Shown: in pieces, positions 57,656 through 64,000 of the stretch
Layout: every line of letters starts with the position of its first letter
How positions within the stretch are numbered: the first letter of the stretch is position 1
NCBI GenBank assembly: GCA_964610995.1
Contig: CAZSWF010000002.1
Coordinates: 6,338-70,337 of the forward strand
Reading direction: 5' to 3'
Source: an uncultured Candidatus Saccharibacteria bacterium
GTDB taxonomy: Bacteria > Patescibacteriota > Minisyncoccia > Phycocordibacterales > UBA9973
Length of the DNA stretch: 64,000 nt
Notes under the pieces: model-generated
What the model was told of the DNA's origin: nothing
Databases searched by the model: none
Seen by the model: only the letters and a program-made list of their open reading frames with translations
Position numbers and translations under genes: made by a program

Positions 57656-57918
57656 TCGGAGTACGCATTGATACGCTGTTCATAGAAATAATGGAGTCAA
57701 TCGCCGTGGCAAGTTTTCTCGCTCGTATTGAAAAACAACCCTATGTACGGATTGCTATACGAAAAATTGATACGCTCAAAGTACTCATGATGGTGCTTTG
57801 GGAAACGAAGTCGCTCGATGACAAGAAGTACATCGCACTGTCGGTACAAATCGAAGAAATCGGGAAGATGCTCGGCGGCTGGAACGGGCAACTCACAAAA
57901 CAAAACTCTCCCAACTAA
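57571..57918 (+). CDS. DGR accessory variability determinant (Avd, four-helix-bundle protein)
   Basis: LPKTHRHSLGVRIDTLFIEIMESIAVASF...IALSVQIEEIGKMLGGW parallels Bordetella phage Avd (PRKHGVAREMF...AEVGRILGSWIA). It starts at TTG 57571 or a later ATG, on the strand opposite to the RT and TR. Confidence 0.65.
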   Translation: MPVLQKLKTVYIHWYGYYHELPKTHRHSLGVRIDTLFIEIMESIAVASFLARIEKQPYVRIAIRKIDTLKVLMMVLWETKSLDDKKYIALSVQIEEIGKMLGGWNGQLTKQNSPN

Positions 57919-57945
57919 TAAAAGTTGAGAGAGAAATGAAGAGAG

Positions 57946-58069
57946 TTGCCGAGAGAGCAGCAGGGTTGTTGCCATTGAAGTCATTGCTCAACCAGTTGTT
58001 GCTCCAGTTCCACTGACCATCGTTCCAATACAGGTAACGGACATAGAGGTTGTCGTCAGAGTTGCGGTT
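57946..58069 (-). repeat. DGR template repeat (TR)
   Basis: 124-bp repeat. Versus the copy at 58434-58557, every one of the 19 mismatches falls where this copy has A on the minus strand, so this is the adenine-bearing template. The first 20 bp are identical in both copies (IMH-like GC-rich end). Confidence 0.85.
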
Positions 58070-58428
58070 ATGTATGGCGTGCCATCCATTCCACCATCCT
58101 TTGAATACTCTCGGGATTGTATCGTATCTGTGATAGTAATCACCCAGCACGTCATACCAAGTATCTTCAATTTTTTGAAGTTTCTACATACACCACCCTA
58201 TCTGAAGCCGTGACCGCAGATATTCTCGATGTATGGATACTAGCTTCGGCAGTCGGAAGCCGTAACCGCCGTCATATTCGCCAGAAGCCGTTCTCATGGT
58301 ATCACAAAAAAATAACCCCTATATGAAAAATATAGGGGTGAAGATTTGTAAAACCTTCAAAACTTTTTTATCGCGAACAAAGGACAAAGGGTCACAGCTC
58401 ATAGAGCACAGTGTTCGAGGGTATAGTA

Positions 58429-59019
58429 CTAACTTGCCGAGAGAGCAGCAGGGTAGTGGCCATAGAAGGCATAGCTCAACCAGCGGTTGCTCCAGAGCCA
58501 CTGACCACCGTCCCAATACAGGCAACGGACACAGAGGCGGCCGTCAGAGTCGCGGTAGATGGTCCCCCAGAAGAAAATATATTTTCCTTTCCATTCTTCA
58601 GGAATGGCTTTGGGGTTCGCCAATAGGTAGTCCAATACATTTGCGTTCAGTACTTTCTTGCCTTTTAATTCTTCACGCAGTTTGTTGCCTTCGATGCTAC
58701 CGTTCTTCTGTTTCTTGGAGAGATAGAGTTCAACTTTTGAAGCGTCAAACTTAATGTTGCCGTTCTTTTGGTGTTCCTCTACTTTCCAACAACTTGGAAT
58801 GAATGGTGCTGCATCGCAGTCAATAACGTGTTCAATGCCTTTTATTTCGTGGGTGCCGCGTAGCACACCGAGGACCAATTTCATCAGATTTTCATCTTTT
58901 GAAAAATCGTCCATGTTTTTTGGTTCCCAGCCTACTTTTGCGGCTGAAAGGGTAACTTCCCCCATGAGGGTACAGCTAAACTCATTTGATTTTGCCATTG
59001 TTTTAGGTTTGTGACACAT
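58429..59019 (-). CDS. DGR target protein with C-terminal variable (C-type-lectin-like) region
   Basis: 196-aa ORF whose last roughly 40 codons are the VR, with no obvious signal peptide. The start may be the internal MAKSNEF. Confidence 0.75.
   Translation of the reverse strand: MCHKPKTMAKSNEFSCTLMGEVTLSAAKVGWEPKNMDDFSKDENLMKLVLGVLRGTHEIKGIEHVIDCDAAPFIPSCWKVEEHQKNGNIKFDASKVELYLSKKQKNGSIEGNKLREELKGKKVLNANVLDYLLANPKAIPEEWKGKYIFFWGTIYRDSDGRLCVRCLYWDGGQWLWSNRWLSYAFYGHYPAALSAS
58434..58557 (-). repeat. DGR variable repeat (VR) at the 3' end of the target gene
   Basis: This is the counterpart of the TR. TR Asn/Tyr/Asp codons (AAC, TAC, GAC) correspond to R/C/L/Y/H/G/A codons here: TR-encoded NLYVRYLYWNDGQWNWSNNWLSNDFNGNNPAALSA becomes RLCVRCLYWDGGQWLWSNRWLSYAFYGHYPAALSA. 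It ends 2 nt before the stop codon. Confidence 0.85.
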
Positions 59020-59199
59020 CCGCTTTTTGCGGACTCATCGGTGAAAAAATGTATTAAAGAACTGATAGTATTATAGCACCATTTCGTTATATAGTCAATA
59101 AACCCTTATTCCCCTATGCCGAGAGCAAAAAGCCGCGTGTAGCACCGCAGCTCTCCGCTGATAACCGTATTCTTTTGTTGAGGTTGAGATAGTAAAATC

Positions 59200-60546
59200 C
59201 TAGAAATTAGTAAGTAGTGATAAAATCCTTTTCTGTACCTCACTACTTGGAATGGTGGACTCATGGTAACAGTCGTCCTTTTCCGAGAACACAACAAAGT
59301 CCGTACCATCGAATGTATTGATTGGTATCCAAAAAAACCTATCAACAGGGTCGTGACGGTCAATGGCGACACTCACACCAAGAATATAGTCATAATTTTT
59401 CATGTACCCTTTGATGGTGAAGCACCAGTTTGCAACGCCGTCCACTGTGAAGCGTGCCCCAATCGCCATCGGCAGTTTCCTGACTGCCATGTCAGCGTCG
59501 TCAATTTCCATGCCGTTACTCATAAGAAGAGCAGAGATTTCCGTCTGAAGACCACGTCTTGCTTTTCGCACAGCGTATGCACCCTTTTGCCATTTGGTGG
59601 GCATGAGCCAATACAAGCGGTCTTGGGCAGCGTTGAACATCTCCGAAGAAACGATACCTTCAAATGCGTTCGGTTGGATGACCCACTCACTTCGCGGATT
59701 GCGACGGTGCTTCTGTTTCAATCGACCCCATGTCTTGTTGTAGATACGGGTACCAGTGTATATCTCGTTCGTGAGGACATGGAGTACACCAATAGACTTC
59801 CATGTTTTGCCCTGTGCAGTGAGAACGCCCCGTGCGTTCAGTATCTCTGCGATTGTCTGGGGTGACTCCCATTTCTCCACTAACAGCTCGTACATTTCTT
59901 TGACTACCTCACTCGTCCCGTCATCGGCAGGGGCGAAGGTGACACGCTCATTTGAGATTGATTTCCACTCTCCCTTTTTGAGCTTTCGCAACGGCTTCTT
60001 GTCTACGTCGAGGAGCATACGTGTCATGCCAAACGGAGGTTGACCTCCTGCTGAAAACCCTTGCTCGGATACTTTGACACAGCCATGGAACACCTTGCCA
60101 CTCAACTGACGAGAGTATTCAGCAGCCATATAGCGACCAATGGATGTCTGAAGTGTAGAAATGAGCTGTTCATCTTCTTTGGGAAATCCCTGCGAGACGT
60201 ACACGACTTTCTTCCCATTCTGCTTACAAGTGTATTCGTAGTGAGCAGCCTCGTTCTGGTCCTGAAATCGTCCCCAACGGGATACATCGTAGACAAAGAC
60301 ATAATCGAAGGCAGGAGCAAAAGGGTTCTTAATCCAATCATCAAACAGACGTTGAAAAGCAGGTCGGTCCGCCGATAACCCACTTTCTCCCTCATCAGCT
60401 TCCTCATGGATGATTTCGATGTTATGCGTCTTTGCAAATGCTTGCGTATGTCCCTGCTGAATAGCAACCGAGTTCTCTTGCTTGTCCTTTGCGGAGTGAC
60501 GATAGTACGCCACGCCTGTCTTGCGTATCGGTTCTGATATAGACAT
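59200..60546 (-). mobile_element. large serine recombinase (integrase)
   Basis: The N-terminal resolvase catalytic domain (AYYRHSAKDKQ with the catalytic Ser, FDYVFVYDVSRWGR), a recombinase domain and a Cys/His-containing C-terminal region are typical of large serine integrases. Confidence 0.8.
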
Positions 60547-60548
60547 GG

Positions 60549-61424
60549 CTAGACAATTTTAATCGTCTTTCTAATAAGAGCTTGAAGTTGAACGAGAGAT
60601 GCTTTTTCGTTCTTCGTGAAAGATGTGCCATTCTCTTTCTTTTTCGTAATCTTCTTGATGAGGTCGCCGCACATGAGGGCAAATCCCGTCTGGCGTGTCC
60701 GTAGCTCAAGCTCATTTGCAGTCATGGGTATTTTTATCAAGAACTCATGGAGCTCGTCCTCATTGATTGTCGCCTGCATAAATACCTTACCAATCTTTCG
60801 TATGTCGAGTGACTTGGTGATGACCTTTTTCTCAATTTTTGCAAATATAATCGAAATAATATCGTCGACCTCGAGTTTTTTGATTTTCTGAAGTTTCTTA
60901 AACAGGTTGAGCATTGCCATACGAACACTCCTTGGTACGTCGTAACGCTCCATCATTGTCAAGTTCGATATTCTTTGTTTTCGCATCTGCATGGCAAGCT
61001 GGACCGATGACCTACTCATACCGAGATAATCTGCAAGCTCGTGATTACTCTTGAACCCATAGGAGTACTTGATACGCTCCAGAGCTTCAGATTTTTCTAA
61101 CGGGTTCCATGCACGACGATTATTCTGCATTTCATATCGTCGTGTCTCAAACTCACCGTCCGTCATCTTGGGGTAGATACGACACGGCACATGTTTCATT
61201 CCTAACTTCTGGGCACAAATAAATCGACGATGACCGTCGATTATGATGTAACGTTTTTCCGCTATCTGACTTACTTTGATTGGCTCTTCAATGCCATAGT
61301 TTTTAATCGACAGTTTGAGCTTGTTCTTCTCGGCTTCGACTCCGAAGTCTTGTCTCGGTTGATTTTGGTCTCGCTGAACTTGTCCAATAGGTAACTCTGC
61401 AAATATGAACTTTGGTTTTAGCAT
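60549..61424 (-). CDS. ParB/Srx-like nuclease domain protein
   Basis: IGQVQRDQNQPRQDF...LSIKNYGIEEPIKV...IIIDGHRRFICAQKLG is the ParB N-terminal domain signature. It lies 3 bp upstream of the serine recombinase. Confidence 0.7.
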   Translation of the reverse strand: MLKPKFIFAELPIGQVQRDQNQPRQDFGVEAEKNKLKLSIKNYGIEEPIKVSQIAEKRYIIIDGHRRFICAQKLGMKHVPCRIYPKMTDGEFETRRYEMQNNRRAWNPLEKSEALERIKYSYGFKSNHELADYLGMSRSSVQLAMQMRKQRISNLTMMERYDVPRSVRMAMLNLFKKLQKIKKLEVDDIISIIFAKIEKKVITKSLDIRKIGKVFMQATINEDELHEFLIKIPMTANELELRTRQTGFALMCGDLIKKITKKKENGTSFTKNEKASLVQLQALIRKTIKIV

Positions 61425-61643
61425 ACACTTTTACTTTTTTGTGTTATTTAATAATTCCGAAGAAAGAAGTTCCGTGCAAAAGACGGGACCGCGGTCAACG
61501 GATATATTAAGTAGCCCTCTCCGTGTTTTAGAGATAGTGTCTTTTTTCAAAATATATTCATATTAACATTTTGCCCCACTGTGCTCATCACTATATCTAT
61601 GAGTTTTCTGACATCGTAGCAACCCTGTTATCAGGTTTATTTC

Positions 61644-62153
61644 TTATTGATTTCGGAACTTTTTCTGTAATCGAATAAGTGTCTTGTTAATTCCTACTGC
61701 CGCAATCCATGAAATAATCCCTGCAAACAAAATATCAATCAGGAAATCCCGAACGAGCATGAGGACTGGAGCTTCTGATGAGTTAAAAGTTGCAGGCCAT
61801 ACCCATGTATAGCTATTAGCAGTAGCCACTGTTTCTGATAATACATATCCTAGTGCAATGTTTATTCCAACAATCATGAGTACGAGTGAAAGGGTGTATG
61901 CGAGCAATTTTGCCATCCGTGCGGACATCTTTGTAAGAGTGGACAGAACATTCAGAGCACTGGTGTAGGTGAAGACTCCAAGGGCCCCAACGACAGCAAC
62001 CATGAACACGATGTGTCCCTGACTGAAGTAAGTGTGACTAGGAACGTTCAAGGTATAGCCGAGCACCTTGAAAAATGGAGGGATTGTTTTTGCAAGAGCG
62101 AGTGCAGGTAAGAGTAACAGGATAAATATATCGAAGGTTTCTATTTTTTTCAT
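61644..62153 (-). CDS. hypothetical polytopic membrane protein
   Basis: 169 aa with about 5 TM segments and AT-rich sequence. Confidence 0.4.
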   Translation of the reverse strand: MKKIETFDIFILLLLPALALAKTIPPFFKVLGYTLNVPSHTYFSQGHIVFMVAVVGALGVFTYTSALNVLSTLTKMSARMAKLLAYTLSLVLMIVGINIALGYVLSETVATANSYTWVWPATFNSSEAPVLMLVRDFLIDILFAGIISWIAAVGINKTLIRLQKKFRNQ

Positions 62154-62161
62154 GATAATTT

Positions 62162-64000
62162 TTATATAGTGGTTAAAGTTTTAATCGTTTCAAAAAGTTC
62201 TCTTTGACGCTCTTGTAGATGAGCATCAAAGATGACTTTATACTCAAAATCCTTGTTTATTTTTTGAAAATCAAGGAAACCAAGTTCTTTGGCGTACACG
62301 TCGTTGAAGAGTGATGTGACGGTTCCGTCATAGCGTTTCTTATTTGCCTCGTATTCCGTCTTTTCGGACCCTGATTTCACTTCCAGCACCAAGAACCTTC
62401 CTTTGTCAGTTTCTATGAGGAAGTCTGGGAAGTATTTTGATATACGTTGTTCTGTGGGGTTCCAGTACTCAACATAGAAATCGTTGTGAGCATCAGTGGT
62501 GACACCTCCAGTGAAGTAGACATCCTTAATAGTTTCGTTGGTTGTCAGAAATTGGCGGAATTGTCGGAAAAGGTCCCGTTCGTCACTACTGTCGAAGTTG
62601 TAGGGGTTGATATGAAAACCGAGGCGACTTGTTGCTCCGTCCGTCTCTTCTTTTTCCTTGAAGATGACGAGTGCTTTTTTACCTTCCTCCTTGCTCATTT
62701 TGAAGGGATACTCCTTGGTGAGCTCGATTTCTTCCTCTGTTGTTGTCTCGGTCTCCGTATACTGATAAACAGTTTCAAGAACAGTTTGAATGATGAATGG
62801 GAGGAACCCCACACTCGTATTCACTTTATCTACTAACTCACTCCTAGATAATCCGATATTTTCCGATAATTTACTTACCGAAAGGCATGGCAAATGGGTA
62901 TAGCGGTTTATGAGCTCAACGATTTCATAGTAGGTATATGAATTGGTCTCTTTGATTTTCTTTGAGCCGAGCGTGTCGTGCTTGAGGATTGCCTTGCCAG
63001 AACCATCTATGACAAGCTCCGAGCCCAAGAGATAGTGCTCGTACTTTTCGGCCTTGTACTTCTTAATATCAATCTTAATGTCGCTCGTGTCTCGGGCTTG
63101 GGTTGACACGATGTCTCGGATGAGCTTTTTGACAGTGATAGTCTTTTTCTTTTCAACCTTAATTTCAAACTCAAAGCTCTCTTGTTCTTGGTTGTTGATG
63201 TCTTGGATACTTGAGGCAAAGTTGTTCTTGAGTTCTTTGTCGAGGACCTTGTAGTTCTCTTTGGAGAGGAAGATATGGGCTCGTGTTGAATTATCTCCAA
63301 TGGACCGCATGCAGCGTGTGGACGCTTGGAGCACGAAGATTGAGCTCGATGGCTTGCGGTACAGTGCACACGCGACCAGCGAGCGACAGTTCCACCCTTC
63401 CGTACCCTTACCAACAAGAAGCACGAACTGCTTGGTGCTATCTATCGTATCGAGCGTTCGAAACTCATCCTTGTTATCTTCGGCTTCTGTATGGTACTCA
63501 AGGACCTTATCGAGCGATATATTCATCTCCGCAAGCACTCGCTCAATGCGTGGTTTGAGTTCGTTTCGCAAATTATCAATACTTGGAGCATAGAACGCCA
63601 TTTTGGGCAGACGACCTTCTAGGCGGTTTTCTCCGTACTCGGACCAGAATGTCCCAAGGACTTCTTCAATGAAAACCTCTGAACGAACCTCTCCGAAATC
63701 CAGTATCTTTACCTGTTTCAGAATACCTTTCTCTATGCCTTGTTTGAGCCCGAAATGGTACACAACGTCATCTATCATCCTGTTGTTGATATACGGCGTT
63801 CCTGTGAGGTTTACGACCCCTACGAGAGGTGTATTGCCGTGCAAATAGTCAATCGTCTGACGCGTCTTCTTCAAAGCACCTTCGAGATTGACTCCGTACG
63901 AGTGATGGGCTTCATCAACAAATATGACGAGGTTGTTGAGCTCACGGATTGCTCGGAGGCGTGCGTTCTCTACCTCACGCTTGGCAAGCTCACTCTTATC
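62162..64000 (-). CDS. DEAH-box SF2 helicase with C-terminal PD-(D/E)xK nuclease domain (type III restriction Res-like), 5' end beyond window
   Basis: The frame stays open upstream of the ORF-track TTG start. My translation of 63875-64000 gives ...LNNLVIFVDEAHHSYG (DEAH motif II), followed by NLTGTPY (motif III) and helicase C-domain motifs. The C-terminal PDFLIETDKGRFLVLEVKSG is a PD...ExK core. Confidence 0.6.
   Translation of the reverse strand, partial: DKSELAKREVENARLRAIRELNNLVIFVDEAHHSYGVNLEGALKKTRQTIDYLHGNTPLVGVVNLTGTPYINNRMIDDVVYHFGLKQGIEKGILKQVKILDFGEVRSEVFIEEVLGTFWSEYGENRLEGRLPKMAFYAPSIDNLRNELKPRIERVLAEMNISLDKVLEYHTEAEDNKDEFRTLDTIDSTKQFVLLVGKGTEGWNCRSLVACALYRKPSSSIFVLQASTRCMRSIGDNSTRAHIFLSKENYKVLDKELKNNFASSIQDINNQEQESFEFEIKVEKKKTITVKKLIRDIVSTQARDTSDIKIDIKKYKAEKYEHYLLGSELVIDGSGKAILKHDTLGSKKIKETNSYTYYEIVELINRYTHLPCLSVSKLSENIGLSRSELVDKVNTSVGFLPFIIQTVLETVYQYTETETTTEEEIELTKEYPFKMSKEEGKKALVIFKEKEETDGATSRLGFHINPYNFDSSDERDLFRQFRQFLTTNETIKDVYFTGGVTTDAHNDFYVEYWNPTEQRISKYFPDFLIETDKGRFLVLEVKSGSEKTEYEANKKRYDGTVTSLFNDVYAKELGFLDFQKINKDFEYKVIFDAHLQERQRELFETIKTLTTI

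Noticed and set aside
57893-58150. 85-aa minus-strand ORF covering the template repeat
   Set aside because: It is the in-frame translation of the DGR TR, Asn-rich because of AAC codons. It lacks a sensible start context and is better explained as the non-coding template than as a gene.
58296-58754. 152-aa plus-strand ORF antisense to the DGR target gene and VR
   Set aside because: It is antisense to a well-supported target gene, has Arg/Gly/Ser-rich low-complexity composition typical of GC-rich antisense frames, and no motif.
59106-59160. Short stretch GCCGAGAGCAAAAAGCCGC resembling the 3' GC-rich end (CCGAGAGAGCAGCAGGG) of the TR/VR
   Set aside because: Only about 8 nt match, with no extended homology to the repeat, so it is too weak to call a second VR or IMH remnant.
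1-64000. CRISPR arrays and rRNA genes
   Set aside because: I saw no regularly spaced short direct repeats and no rRNA-like conserved stretches anywhere in the window. The only repeat pair found is the DGR TR/VR.

Overview
This 64 kb window looks like a compact bacterial chromosome segment using the standard code (TGA is a stop, for example at the scpA/scpB junction). Short intergenic spacers, overlapping genes, a single short RF1 and small cell-wall gene sets suggest a reduced genome, possibly a Patescibacteria/CPR-like lineage; this is a tentative inference. Housekeeping content includes an aspS 3' end, scpAB, mraY-ftsW-murG and a separate mraZ-rsmH-ftsL-ftsI block, two class B PBPs with mreD, lexA, and ribosomal proteins L27/L9/L31/L25. 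It also carries RF1, Obg, GatB, GreA, RmuC, CtpA, an OmpR-type two-component pair, and a pentose-phosphate/glycolysis cluster (rpiB, rpe, split transketolase, gap, fba) plus a PfkB kinase. Two tRNAs are present: tRNA-Ile(GAT) on the minus strand and tRNA-Glu(CTC) on the plus strand. I saw no rRNA or CRISPR array. The most notable region is an AT-richer accessory island from about 52.7 kb to the window end. It holds a complete diversity-generating retroelement (DGR): a reverse transcriptase, a template repeat, and a variable repeat at the 3' end of a small target gene, with all 19 TR/VR mismatches at template adenines, plus an Avd four-helix-bundle gene on the opposite strand. The island also holds a large serine recombinase, a ParB-like protein, a partial DEAH helicase with a C-terminal PD-(D/E)xK nuclease (type III Res-like), and an uncharacterised three-gene operon. 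Other points of interest are a eukaryote-type arginine kinase beside tRNA-Glu and a Cheo-type LexA box upstream of two small ORFs and lexA. A 51-aa Com-like zinc-ribbon ORF is absent from the ORF track, and the two transketolase halves are separated by two small genes.
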